From the NCBI GenBank assembly GCA_973895155.1, contig OZ316893.1, forward strand, positions 18,383,836-18,447,835: 64,000 nt of DNA, in the 5' to 3' direction. Positions 50,200 to 63,611 of this stretch are shown here, one piece after another. How positions within the stretch are numbered: position 1 is the stretch's first letter; each line of letters begins with the position of its first letter. Source of the DNA: Marsupella aquatica (lineage: Eukaryota > Plantae > Marchantiophyta). The position numbers were made by a program, and so were the translations under genes. The notes beneath the pieces are model-generated. The model was given only the letters and a program-made list of their open reading frames with translations. It made no database searches and was not told where the DNA came from.

Positions 50200-52484
50200 C
50201 CTAAAGAGTCATAGCCAGTCCTCAAATGTGTGGAGGTGCCATGGAGTGTGCTGCCATAGCCAAGTGCTTGCAAAGCTAAAGCTAAGACTCAAGAAGAATT
50301 CCATTCACAAACACTTTTGCTACAATCAAAAGCTTTTAAATACACATCATTTTTATTTTTATTTAACCTTTTTAAGGTTTTTCGGATTTACAACATTTTT
50401 GGAGTCTTCTAATCCACTCTTGTCAACTTTTCCTCAACTAGGGTCTTGACTCGGCTCAGTTCAGGTCTCATGGTCAAGTTTCAATCTTGAGGCCATCAAT
50501 GGTTTCTCCTAGGCATTTTGAACATAATTTCAATCTCCGGTGGGCTTCTTTCATGTCTTCATTTCTCTTACTTTCTTCCTCTTGCCCTTCTTTCTCCCTC
50601 TTCTCGATTTTCCAGTCCCACAACAAAAAACATCTACGGCCAGAAGCCTCAAATCCCATGGCAGCGGACAGTTCCTGACTTAAATATTGTTTCAACTACC
50701 GGATTCCAGTCGCTGAATGAATGTAACTCAATCAACTTACAATCTTCCTTAAAACTCCACAACATCAGATGCAAAAATCTGCAAGTAACCCACACTTCCA
50801 ACTGGAACTTCTTAACCAATCTCATGAAAAGTTACTCCTTTTTGGTCCAAGACAAATAATTTAAACCATTATTCCTGGCCTCAATTATCTCACTTCTTTC
50901 TGTTTTCTCAATGGTTTCTGTCCTCATGCTCTTCCTCGAGTTCTGAGCTTATCTCTCACCTACGTTTGCTTCACGCAAATCAGCACAATCAAGCACACCA
51001 AAATCTCCTATATCTCCTTGGCAGATCCACACTCCATCTCAATCGACTTTATGCCCTTTATCCTTAGCCTCGGATGAACACTTCAACACGATCACTACCT
51101 CTTGTCACCAGATCTCTTAGTTACTAGTAAGAAACGTGTTTCTTTTTCTCGGATCACTACAACACCGACGACTCTTGCTTCAAACTCTTCTTCCTGAAAT
51201 TTCTGATTACTCTCTCCCCTCTTCACACGATCAACAGCAACAACGTCCTTTACTTCTCAAACTTCATTCAAACTCAGGTTTCTTCCAGTGTCATTCTCGA
51301 ATTCAACCTCAATTCATGCCAAAGCTAAGCTGCATTTCTCCCTGAATCTCAATAGCGCGCTCGGCCTCTCCCTGAGATTCCCAAAATCAGCATCTTGTTT
51401 GTTTCAACAGAATCCTCCTTCAATCACGTCTGCCCGATTTCTGACTCTGCAGGTCAATCCTTGGCTCATTCTTTATATCCATTTTTACCATAGCCTTGCC
51501 CCCAGTTCACGTTCCTCCTTTGGATTACCTCTCGTTAATGCCAAATCCTCATTCTTCTTCTTTTTCCTTTCTCAGCGTTACCATGCCCCTTTGCTTTCAT
51601 TTGCCTTAATTCTAACTCCAAAAAATTCACAACAACATCTAAGGCAACGTCAACTCTTTTGGCACATTTGTCGCCCGACTTGCATTACAGTCCTTGTCTC
51701 CTGTCGATACGCCTTGCTTCACCCGAAAAGCTCAATTCCAAACAATCACGCTCGGCAGCACTTTGCTTTTCCCTTTTGCTCCCTTCTTCCAAAAATCCAA
51801 GTAACTACACGACACACTCTCCCCATTCGGCCGTTTTTCTTATCTTTTTCATCCCCAAACCTCCGTCGCGCCTCCGCCTTCCTTTCCAAAAAAAACCCAA
51901 AGCTCAACACACACAACAATTCCCATGAAAATCCAAGCATTCCAATTCCTATCCAGTCTTCTGCTTTTGCCAGCTTCTCCTTGTTCACCCGAGAGACCTC
52001 CCAACAGCTTCAGCGTTTGGCAGCACGCGCCCTTGTCACACTCTCTCCAAATCTTCCATTCTATCGTGCTCCTCCGCCTTCTCTCAAGAACTCCCCGAAC
52101 AAAATCATTCCTGCATTCACCACCACTCCCTGTCTTCTCTCACCTTTTTCTTTTCAAACTCTCCAGCGAGCTCCATCCTTTGCGTCAACTTCTCGCGAAA
52201 TCCACTCTAACCTCCTCGCCTCAGTTTGAAAACTGCCCTTATGAACCGGGCGCTCCCAACTTGCCACATGTCAATGGGAGAAAAAACCCTTCCAAAAGCC
52301 TCAAAAACCATAGCTATTTCTTTTCTCCTCTATTCCTCTTCTGTCTTATTATCTTTCAATTTCAACTCAGCTTTGTTCTTTCTCTTCTCAACCAGAGATC
52401 TAATTCATCACAAGCTGAACTTAAAACAAGTCGACCTTGATTCAGCATACACAACTTCATTCGTCAAATATTTTCCCCGATGAC
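50200..52484. repeat. Family B repeat, copy B2; left boundary uncertain
   Basis: Shares its terminal region with 8780-9005 and has the same C/T strand skew. Confidence 0.55.
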
Positions 52485-52784
52485 GCCGAAAGGCAAGCTA
52501 TGGAGTTGAATGCATAGAAGAAGCATTGGCAGTTTCATATATCACAACGGAATAGTTAAGAATGAATGAAAAACCTTAGCGATTAAGATTCGACAATGAA
52601 AGACTTTGCTGTCAGCCGAGTACAAACAGCAATGAAGATGACGAAGTTGAAGACCTGAGAGGATGTTGACGACTCCGTGAAGGAAGAAAAGTATATTTAT
52701 GATATTAGCAAGGAAGTTTAGATTGGAGATATGGGTCACAGAATTTTTTTACACTTGATGTTTTGGAGCTTTAGTGGAGTATAT

Positions 52785-53248
52785 TGTCGTGCGCATACAC
52801 ATTGCTACACAACATACATCGCTTGTCACATACATCCAGACATAGTCACACTGCCACATCACAAACACGAGAATGGAATACAAGTGGAACTCATGTCCAC
52901 ACATGTCCAAAACCCACAATAATCATCACAACAATTGGCACAACAATCCCGGTCAACAATACCCCATCGATCCCGCACCGATCCGATCACACACGTATGT
53001 CAAGCCAACGCACCTTGCACTACTCAAGGAATCCACGTTGTACAAGCGGAGCTCACAGCTAGCATAGCCACACTTGAGCTCCTCTCTCTCCAAGGTTCAA
53101 CATTGAAAGATAACCTTTCAATGCCTCACAAGAGAACTACCCTCTCACACAAACCTAACAGAACTTTATCGGCTCATATAGCACACATACCAAACATACG
53201 GATCTAGATAGTACGATACACTCTAACACTACCTAGAATGGTGTGACA
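52785..53248. mobile_element. Solo LTR (464 bp), family C
   Basis: TGTCGTGC...GTGTGACA with 4-bp TSD ATAT; homologous to 63047-63427. Confidence 0.88.
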
Positions 53249-53269
53249 ATATGAAGTAAAAAAATTGTT

Positions 53270-53560
53270 TTCTTTTGATGAGTGGAACCCGGTGATTGGA
53301 TCAATTTCTAGATTAGGAACTGTCCGCTGCCATGGGATTTGAAGATTCTGGCCGTAGATTTTTCTTGTTGTGGGATTGGAAAGTTGAAACGAAGAGGAAA
53401 GGAGGGCTTGAGAGAGAGACCCAAGAAGTGAAGAAGAGAAATGAAGATGAAAGGGAGGCTCGTCGGCGAGTGAGGCTATGTAGCAAGTTTCTGGGCAAAA
53501 CAATTGATGACTGACCTGATGAACTGAGACTGACCTGAGCTGAAATGACGTTAGAAATCT
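53270..53560. repeat. Diverged inverted homologue of about 50450-50710
   Basis: AGGAACTGTCCGCTGCCATGGGATTTGA is the reverse complement of TCAAATCCCATGGCAGCGGACAGTTCCT at about 50649-50676. Confidence 0.8.
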
Positions 53561-55514
53561 TAAGTTTGATACAACCAAAAAGCCATGTAACTTCAATCCT
53601 GAAAAAGAAATAAATGAGTGGCTTAGCCATTAAAATTGATTGTAACTCTTGAATTTAAAGCTGAAATGGATGTTAAATCAAAGTGAATGGATGAAAAAAA
53701 TTTATTTAAAAGTTTTTTTATTTGAACTAAGCTTAAGGAAGGATTGTGTATTAGATTTAAAAACAAAGTATGGACTTAGGGAAACTTTAGAAACTAGTGG
53801 TTAAAAATTAGGGTAAAAATAAAATAAAATAAAATAAATCAAAAAATGTAAAATTCTTAAAGGAACTTATGTTTGGACTTTTGAAATGCTTAAGTATTAG
53901 AAACTTAGATGAAACTAGTGAATGAGATTTGATGAAAGATAAAGTATTTAGAAAGTGATTTAAACCTATCTACAAATAAGTCCCTAAGAAATTATAGAAA
54001 CTAGTTTGCACCTCGTTTTAAACGGTTCCCTGGACACCATTACGTGACCCTCCTATGCGGTTTACTCCAAAACTCTACCAGGCTTTTCAGTTCTCCGTTC
54101 AGTAGGGTGTTTGCCTTCATGGCTTCTTTGTTGGTTCTCCCTTTTTTGTCCCTTGCTTCTTAGTTGACTTTTGGTTGGGGTCCCCTTGGCTTGTTTTTCT
54201 TGTTTTTCTTGGGGCCCTTTTCACCTTTTTCTTACCCTTCATTGGGTTGCTCTGCTTTTGGGATCATGTCTCCTGGTTTGGCATTTTTTGCACTTGGGCG
54301 GTGTAATATATATGTAATATATGTGTAAGGGTATCTATCATATATAAGAGGCTTTACAAGAAGTGAGGGAGTGACTTTTTTTCCCCGTAAAAGGATACGG
54401 GAGGACTTCTAAATGTAAAGATTGCAAATTCTGGGGATAGTCTAAAATTCTAAACAAAAGAAACACTCCACATGCAAATCCTGGAGGTGGTCTAAGATTC
54501 TAGACAAAGCAAACACTTTCATATTTGCTGGGGCTAGTCTAAGTTTCTAGACAGAATAAGCAATATACATTTACTACGGTAATTCCCTGCTGTATAGGAC
54601 CATACTTGAATGGGTCCCACGCGCAACTGTGTCAGTAATTTATCCCCAGATACACTTTTATCTTAGTCCGGATATACTAGCATTTGGAATCCAGATTTAC
54701 TTAAGCCGGAGTAAAGAGGAGCAATGCCACCTTCTTGTAAACCCACCTTAACGAGAGCAACATTGACGAGCAGAAGCCTAGGATTTCACTAGCTTTAGAT
54801 TTCACTTGTTGCTGAATTTTAACAGTGATAGAATTTGCCGTAACCTGAAGACCATCCGGTATATTTGCTGTAAATAAGAAACACAAATGTGGGGTGAACC
54901 AGTAATACCACCACCACTGCGTGAATGCTTAGGCTCTATAACGGCGATACAACTAGAATGTAGACGAAATCCAGAGCGATTAGAACGAAGGATGTTGTCG
55001 GATGCAAGCAAATCAGCATAATATTGGCCGATTATCTCAATGACATTCTTCAATGAACCCCTTCAAACATAGAAGACCATCCAAGAAGGTCCTTCACGTC
55101 CTTCAAGCAAACCTGAACTGATGTCAAAATTACTTTAAAGACACACATTTGGTCTGAGCAAACTAACAATCCCAGATTTAGATTAAAGCTGAGGCGGGCG
55201 GTTTTGTGTCGCACGCAAACACAGCCAGCGGACAAATCTCGGTGCTATGTCATCTATATCTATACTATAACGCGAAGCCATCCCTCCTGTCATGGCCTAC
55301 CGAGTAAACAAAAATGAAGCCAATAGACACTAATCTAACTAGACGACAAAAGCAGGAAGCTCGAGAACTAACATCTAGGGTATAAAGGAGCACGGGTGGA
55401 AGGACGGGCTTGTATAGCGCGGGCCCTGAACGACTAGTGACCCAAACTATGCGATTCAAAACCGGGTGACAATTTCAGATCACAAAATTAATTAATGAAA
55501 TCATCAAAATTTGA

Positions 55515-55726
55515 TTTTCGGGTCACTTGAAATATTCAAGGCAGCGATTCAGATGGTAATAGAGGGCCTGCTTCGGAATTTCCATACTCTGATACGTCAA
55601 TAGGTTTTAACCCAGGGGGATTTTCGGGTCACTTGAAATATTCAAGGCAGCGATTCAGATGGTAATAGAGGGCCTGCTTCGGGATTTCCATACTCGGATA
55701 CGTCAACAGGTTTTAACCCAGGGGGA
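55515..55726. repeat. 106-bp tandem duplication spanning the OSCA stop codon
   Basis: Units 55515-55620 and 55621-55726 differ at 3 positions. Confidence 0.9.
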
Positions 55727-58700
55727 AGATAGGCACCTGGGATAGAGTCAAATATTTCATCCTGAATCCCCCTACGTTCGTCCTCCAAATCTTTCTGCTT
55801 CGTGCTCTGCACAAAGCAATGGGAAGCGGGTGGTCAATGACCATATCACTTCTGAGCCGTCTGCGACAGCGCCACTATCAGAGCTCACCTAAAGATATGG
55901 GTTTGAAATTACCTCAACCGAGTACTTCTGAAATACAGGGTAGAAACGCTTCTTGCAATACTGGTGGAAGATGATTGTGATAATGGGCAGTGGCAATGTG
56001 AGCAACGAGACTGTCGTGCTCATCCTGGCTTCAAATATCCCAACAAAAGTAATCTGCATAACAGCTAGACCCGCGATGATGCGACTGTGAACAAGAGGCC
56101 AATATTGTCCAGCAGTTTCATAGGACGGCTCGTATACATGCATTATCTGAAAGCATACAGGAAGAAAGTGAGAAGAACTGATTTCTCAACTAAGAGAGAA
56201 TTCATGCTTCGAGTCGCCTTCTGCTTACTAGCCTTCCGCCTACACTATTTGCAGAGAGTATAAATCCTTTAAAGAGCCATTTTTTCTCTGCGGCTACGTT
56301 TCAGAGTTCAGGTTAGCAGAGAAAGTTTCACGTCTTGCACATAAGATTGACAAATTTCGTGACAATATGAAGATGCGTTGAATTTCGGTCCATACGAATA
56401 CTACAAGGTTGGCAGGTATGCTGTTTTGACAAATCTGTAGCAGAATGGCATCTCAGATCTTGGTGAAAGATTTGCATGCATCGTTTAGTCTGCCCCCTCA
56501 GCAACTAGGTAGATTATCTTAGCAATTGATAGAGAACGGAAAGAAGGTTTGGAACATCTATGAGGACTCTTTGGGTCTCTTTTGAGCTACCTTTCATTTG
56601 CTCATTTCTTTGCATTATACTTTCACATTTTTTGCAGCTCCCTCCACTTTTATGGTCCCGGAGCTTATAAACCATTACCATTACCAATGATATGTCCTGT
56701 GAATGCAAAGCCACAAACGGTACAAAGCACAAGAGTCGAACCTCCACCAAAACTGAACACAGCAAACTCAAAAGTACATTCACCAGACGTCGGAACGCAC
56801 CTGATTTTTAAATATAACGTAACCAAGGACGAAATAAACAAGAACGAATGGAGGCAGTAATGGCGCAATCGCCGAGTAAATTACTCCCACGAAGATAAAA
56901 AGGAGCACATTTGGAATGATCCTGTAAAAAGGAAGAGAATATAATTCCAGTTCGGGCAGCGCGTCGTCCGTTTTCATGGAGTGCCTCTTCAAAGTATTCA
57001 AGATAAGCGTGCTAATATTCAAAATCTCAAGAGGGAATCCTGCCCAGCCCGTAGTCATTATGTATGACATAAAGAATGTTGCCTGCAGCGAAAGGCAAAT
57101 GCAACCGGAATGCATTAAAAGTTACTCAGGTAATTGGACACAAATCCTCGCACGGAAACGTGGGAGTCAGGGATTTCCGAAATCACCACTGCAGAATTTC
57201 CAGAAAACTGTGCTTTACGGAGAGCATCTGATTTTGTCGCACAGCAATGACATATATTTGCTCCGTTCCTGGTACACAACCCTGAAATTGCGAATACAAT
57301 TTGTTACGCCTTTGAAATGGCAAGAAGTCTCACCTGCCCAGGAATGTGTGAAGCCAGACGGTATGGAATGTCTGCCGGATTCTTGATAAAGTCCCACTCG
57401 CTAGCGACCTGAACGGCACCTCCTCCTAAGACTTGGATGAAGAATATCGGCCCCGCTAAGAAATAGAAAAACTTTTCACAAGCTTTCCTTTCTTGGGTGC
57501 TCGTAGACGGATGTCCTTCCAGTCGCGAGAGAAAGAGAAATGTTGGAGGAATCACGTAGAGCAGTCCAGCTAGCAACACTGTTGAAAGGTAGCCACTGAC
57601 AAATTGCTGCAGTCCTGGCCTACACGCGCAAGAATATCAAAATCCGGATGCTAGTTGATGCAAGAAATTATTTAATATATCCCAGCCAGCGGGATGCAAT
57701 CACTCTACATAAATGAATCCAAGCTATATATACGAATGAAGGTAGACAAGCCAGGCCCTGGGAAGCAAACTCCGCCTTTATTCTTCGAGCCAAGTATTTC
57801 GCCATTCCTAGCAATTTATTGAACGCGAAATGTTATCTGGAAGAGAGCAAGCATCTACAGGGCGAACAACAACTGTAGAATAAGGAGAAATCTTACAGCT
57901 TCAATACTATTTGAAGACCTTCTGGCAGGTAGTCCTTTAAATCATCAACGCTGTTGATGGCTACTATAAATGCACTTGGAATACAATAAAAGATGGTGAT
58001 TAGGAAGACCACCACGCCTGCTATGATCTGTCGCAACCATGCCTGTGCAGAGGGCATGGAGAGATTCGGCCAATAAACATCTCTCGGTTCTGGTGCCCAC
58101 TGTGTGACCCAAGTTAATGGATTTTCCGCTTGCATACTTTGTGCAGCAACTGCCGCACCCCACCTTGACTTGAAAGAAACTACCGCAGCAGGTGTTTCCT
58201 GCCGAGTAAACATTGATTTCAGTAATTTAACATTTCTACTTAATTAATTTCAATTCCGTGGACACATTAAAACAAGGAGAACAATAAATTAAGCTTATCG
58301 AGGATTCCAGGTCGGATATCTTAATAACAACATAAATAAAAAGGACAATAACCTGTAAATGTGAACAAAGCACAAACATAAATCATAGGCAAATGGTGAG
58401 GAACATGCTCCATGCACATATATTATAGAATAGATGAAGAGGGAATGGTGGTAATTGGTAGATCTAAATGGACGAAACCTTTTGTTTGTGGAGAATCTCA
58501 TGCTGAGCTTCGCGTATCTTTAAATACAGATCTTGAAGATTCCCGATTTTTTTCTCTATTGGATCAACTTTTTGCCCGTACAAGCCACACAAACCTTCTC
58601 GTTGTGGTTTCCTTTCCCCTGCAGACTTTCGCTTCAGTTGTTGAATTTCCTTTTTCAAAATTTCCAATTTCAGCTACACATGAACAGCACAATTCCGTTA

Positions 58701-61700
58701 GAACACAATTCGCCCAAAGAACTTCCGAAAGGAAACCAGATGGCGATGAACAACCGTTGGAACCCAGAAAGAAATTTGTGAAACGTAGAAAAATCACAAA
58801 AAGCGGCCGCCAGCCCTGTTGGCTCGGTCTCACATTAAAAAATTCGTACCCTAGAAGTCGTTTAAGGAAGACGTGTCACTCAGTCATCACTACATGCGTT
58901 AAAAAAGTGGCGTCAGTTTCAAACTTACAATCATGCCTTCCACCTTTGATGCATTATAGACAATTTGATGCGACAAGTACGTGAGGGAATGAAACCGCGA
59001 GAAAAAGTCTTGCACGCAGTCGGAGTATGATCTACCATCAGGATCTTTTGGTACTGCTAGTACAAGAGCACTGAACTGGTCAGGCTGCGGACGGGCTTCA
59101 AAAAGAAATTTCAGACGCTTCCTGGTGATTGTCTTATATTCCTGCAGAAAATACGTTTCTTCAGAGAGGCTGACCGATGAGACTAGAAACAACAGTGAGT
59201 ATAACAAGTTTGGACATGCACTACAATGTTACAAAAGCTTGCTTGCAAGTGACGACTGAATTCCGCAGACAAGGTGTTCTATTCTCGATTAGAATGGTCC
59301 CTAATCGCCCTGTGCAAAAACGTAATGTAAATGGAGACCCCCGTCGCGAGAGCCAAATTTTTCAGGACAGACTTTTCAACTCAGCAAAAAGTTTCTCTGC
59401 TTTAACAGTGATTGTCTCACAACGAGGAGTCTGTCCCTGTCCTATCTCCACTTGGTGGATTTACGCGGAATCTGGCAACTACCCTTCCATCAAGCAGTCA
59501 TTCTTCCTCAGTAATTTTCCACTTTAAGAAAAGAATTTCAGAGGGTCCTATGTTTTCAGGATTGGCAAAATATCGCACCACTGCAACAGTACCAAAGAAG
59601 AATGAACTCAAAATCCTTACCATAAATAGCATAAAATAGACAATGGAGGAGATAAAATATACTGCACCGAAATGAACCCAAAATCTGTATGGCATGCAAC
59701 ACCTGGATGATTAGGACGTAACTTGCATGAAAATGGCAATAAACAAATAATTCGAGCATTATTGAAGTATACTTTGTGCATTGTCGGTCCGTCACCGGAA
59801 ATGGGTTCCCACTGCACTTCAAACTCATTCAATCATTGGATCAGGAAGTTAGTCATGAAAAGCTCTCACCACCGTATTTATGGCTCGGAGGCAATCTAAC
59901 CTTCCTTACAGCGCAAGTTGAAGTTCTACTATATACATTGGCCATTATAGGGTCTCTAAGTTGCCTTTTTGAGCCTTCGAAACCTTTTTAGAGCTCGGTT
60001 TTCAGAGCCTATTGGAACCCCAACATCAAAGCTACTGAAGGAGTATATAATATTGCTTTGCATTTGTACAAAGCGGACCCTGTATAACGTACCCATGACA
60101 AAAATCTCTGTCTCAAAAGGTTCATGACATTGACGCTCCTCTTCGTAAAGAAAGAGCACTCGAATACTTCTGCAAAGCAACCTTCTAATGTAGATTCGCT
60201 GCCCAAAGAGGAGAAATCTAGAGGTTGAATCAGGTTAGACAATCACAACCGAACTAATTGGAGAACGCAGCGACCCCAACGGTTTCACTGCGCCTGTGCA
60301 CGATGGCTCGAAATTTCTGAAGTTCCACTAAGGAAACGCTATACATGTTTCATCAAAACTTCTGGTAAACTAGTTTCCCAACATAATTCACAAAGCCGGT
60401 CAACTTTCGAGTGCTATGTAGACTTTTAACAACATATTTCACCACGAGCTCGCTGACTTCAAATAAAATAAAGCTGGTTGCGGCTTCATACATGCAAGAA
60501 TACCCTTCTGCCTTTCTCCAGTGTAACTGCATCTTGCAAGAGTGACCTTTACCAATCCAGCAAGTAACCCTCGCCGAGAGACTTATGCAATTTACAGTTC
60601 TATTTTTTATGTGATATTCTTGCTGCCTGCAATGGGACCGTTCGAGAGGATAGCAATGCTGTACCTTTTGGAGCCATTGTTCATATTACTGATCGAGAAT
60701 CTGTCGAAGTCCTGCTCAGCCCAGTCCTCCTTTGATTCGTCATGCTGAACAGTGAAAGTAGTTGGCACGAGAACAAATATCCCAATGACAGAGCATAGGG
60801 CAAACAATCTTATACTGCAATGATGTGACCATGTCAAAAACCGTCTGCTCTTAGTAGCTGGTAACGAAACAGCACCAAGGAACGTCAAGCTAAAAACGCA
60901 CTAATAACTAACGGGATCTGGCGGCCAAGGATCCTAATCAATTTTTAAAATATTCCTAGTTGCTGTCCGGCTTGCAACGAGAACTTCTAATAACAAAACA
61001 GTAAACAGCACTAAAAGAGTGATGAAAGTGGCTTCGCTAGCTTTATCATATTATCGTTTTTTTTGCGGGTGCGTTTCAAGCAGTCTTAATGTGAGCGACA
61101 CCCTGACCAAGAGAATATTAAATCAAGGTTGCAAGGTAGAAACATTCCGATGAAGCTGGCAGGTATCTTCGAACTAGATTTAATTACACTTAGAGTCTAC
61201 AAATCTACTTATGCTCTTTAACATCGACTTCAACTAGAGTCCTTGTCAGAAACTTTCGCAAAATCCCTAAATTGATTGCTAATAAAGATGGCAAATTGCC
61301 GTTTTCCGTGAGCTCTCCACTACAGGTCGTTAGGAACAAAACAAGCAGACTCAAAAAGATGCGGAGCTAACAGGAAGGACGGACAAAGTCGATTGTAACT
61401 GAAGGTGGGTTCTTCATGCAACCCTAAACCTGAGTACTAAAAGATTACCTAAAGATGAAAATTCTCAAGAACACCACAGCATCGAGGCCTGCTGACTGTA
61501 AAATCTCATCCTCAGTGGCTCGCCAGACTCGAATAAGCCATCCTACTGACGGTACAAAACTTTCCAAAGTGCGCCGCTCCTTGTCGGCACGCGCGTTTCT
61601 TCTGTCCTTGAGAAGATCTCTGGTGAAGTAAACACCAGCATTACCTGGCTGCTTACTGAACACAGAGTACAGTGAAAGAAAAAGAACGGCGAAACCGATA

Positions 61701-61738
61701 TTGATACCTGCGCTTGTGAACAAATCCACGAGATTCAT
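55642..61738 (-). CDS. OSCA: OSCA/CSC1/TMEM63-family channel, OSCA2/HYP1-like; 10 exons approx. 61738-61449, 60814-60665, 59684-59621, 59141-58929, 58673-58479, 58198-57897, 57619-57334, 57082-56801, 56146-55913, 55806-55642
   Basis: TSAGINIG...KQPGN..VYF, GLDAVVFLRI, FSISN...GSKRFWVH, PQPDQFSALV..VP, AAVVSFKSRWGA, WAPEPRDVYWPNL, QATFFMSYIMTTGWAG, YEPSYETAGQYWP, AYLPP; GT-AG boundaries at each junction. Confidence 0.93.
56442..56686 (+). mobile_element. Diverged 3' LINE fragment in an OSCA intron
   Basis: Matches the LINE 3' end (ATGGCATCTCAGATCTTGGTGAAAGAT...GGTCCCGGAGCTTATAA) with a CCATTACCATTACCA tail. No clear TSD. Confidence 0.85.
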
Positions 61739-62626
61739 TGTGTATCCTTAATTCCCACCTCTAGTAGGTATGCTCTCTTTTCTACCGAGAGATGAGTATA
61801 CTCCTCCGCCGCGGCCCAAGTTACGCCCTAAGAGTTTGTTCAGATTGTAAAACTAAGCTCATGAATCGCTGCTAAAAACCCCATCCGATACTACTGCAAC
61901 CGCTGAATTCCTTTGAATTTTCTTCCCCCTCTTCGACGCCACATAGTAGATGACTTTAGCGGCTCCACTCGTGCGTTACTTACAGGATCCGGTTCGAGAA
62001 CCGACTCTACATAAAAAAATACTCATTTGTGACAGCGCGCTAAACCATGCTCGCCTCTTTTCAATTTCCTGCCGTGGCCCGTATCACTGCAGTCGGATGA
62101 GATTGAGAACAGAGGACCCTTCGTCAGCTCATCGTCACAATTGCCGAGTCGTGTAATAAGTCCAACTTCGAAAGAGAAGCTGCTTGACCAGCAGCAGCCA
62201 TGTATCTTTCTGCACCAGAGATATATGGATTGCTATGACTCATCGTTTTTCCTACTTTCGGCTAGAAAGTAAGCACATGACAAATCTTTCGTACACGCGG
62301 ATGCCTGACGCGCCCCCACGTAAGAGGTTGTGCTCAATATGGGTCGTCCTCTTCTTCCTAAGGGCTAGCTTCCATGCAGCCAGGATTGCAGCGAATAAGG
62401 ATTAAGTCCGCTCCCAGGGTCACCACTGACGCAGCAGATGACAGGGCAGGCAATTCTTGGGCGCAGATGCACCGTCCCCAACCATAGCCACCACTCCCGG
62501 GTTGCAAACGGCCCTTAAAAGCACACAGAGAGAGCAAAGAGGGAAAAATTCCTGTTGGGAGGGGAAAAAATTTTCTTAGAGTTAAAAACCAAACTTCACT
62601 AGCAAATTTAGTATCTAGTTAGCCAA

Positions 62627-62716
62627 AACCTGGTTAGCAAAACCCCGTTGGGGTACAACCTGGTTAGCAAAACCCAGTTGGGGTACAACCTGGTTAGCAA
62701 AACCCAGTTGGGGTAC
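62627..62716. repeat. 30-bp minisatellite x3
   Basis: AACCTGGTTAGCAAAACCC(C/A)GTTGGGGTAC x3. Confidence 0.9.
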
Positions 62717-63046
62717 TTCTCTTATGGCTAGCAAGCTCGATCCCTTATGTCTAAGTAGCAAACTTGCTGACTATATGTGTTGAGCAAAGACATGACTTGC
62801 AATGGCATGCACATGACTATCCAACAAACAAGTGTTCACCATAGCCAGGGCAATCAGGCATTGGCAGTGTAGGGGTTTGCTGAATTCAAAGGAGACTGGC
62901 TCCGGAAATATATGAAATTTGCTGAAGGCTTGTCCAAACAAATTTTTGCATTTGGCAAAAAACTTAAGCTAAATGTCAACCAGATTTGTGGAGCTAAAGT
63001 ATTTCAACTCCAAGATTACCCAAAGTAACGTATTAACAATAACCCC

Positions 63047-63567
63047 TGTTGTGCGCATACACATCGCTACACAACATACATCGCTTGTCACATATATCCA
63101 CACGTAGTCACACTACCACATCACAAACAAAAGAGAATGGAATACAAATGAAACTCATCCACACATGTCCAAAACCCACAATAATCTCAATAGAATCCGA
63201 ACAACGATCGACGCCAACAATACGCACTTAATCCCATCCGATCCGATCACACACATATGTCGAGCCAACGCACCTTGCACTCAAGGAATTCACGCTACAT
63301 AGAGAGAGCTCTCAGCCACTATAGCCACCACACAAGCTCCCCTCTCCAAGGCTCATATAGCACACATACCAAACATACGGATCTAGATAGTACGATACAC
63401 TCTAACACTACCTAGAATGGCGTGACAACTATCGTGCGCATACACATCGCTACACAACATACATTGCTTGTCACATACATCCACACATAGTCACACTGCC
63501 ACATCACAAACACAAGAGAATGGAATACAAGTGGAACTCATGTCCACACATGTCCAAAACCCATAAT
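63047..63567. repeat. Family C LTR (63047-63427) followed head-to-tail by a partial second copy (63430-63567)
   Basis: Homology to 52785-53248. Confidence 0.82.
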
Positions 63568-63611
63568 CGCCCCCTAGCTGGGAGTAAGGTCCCCTAACTC
63601 TAGCTAGCCAT

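Noticed and set aside
51288-52229. 313-aa ORF
   Set aside because: S/L/F/P-rich translation of a pyrimidine-skewed repeat strand that is naturally poor in stop codons; no ATG start and no domain.
54300-54560. Three degenerate repeats of about 50 bp (TAGTCTAAG..TCTAGACA) as a distinct element
   Set aside because: Possibly an LTR remnant, but no boundaries, TSD or second copy in the window support a call.
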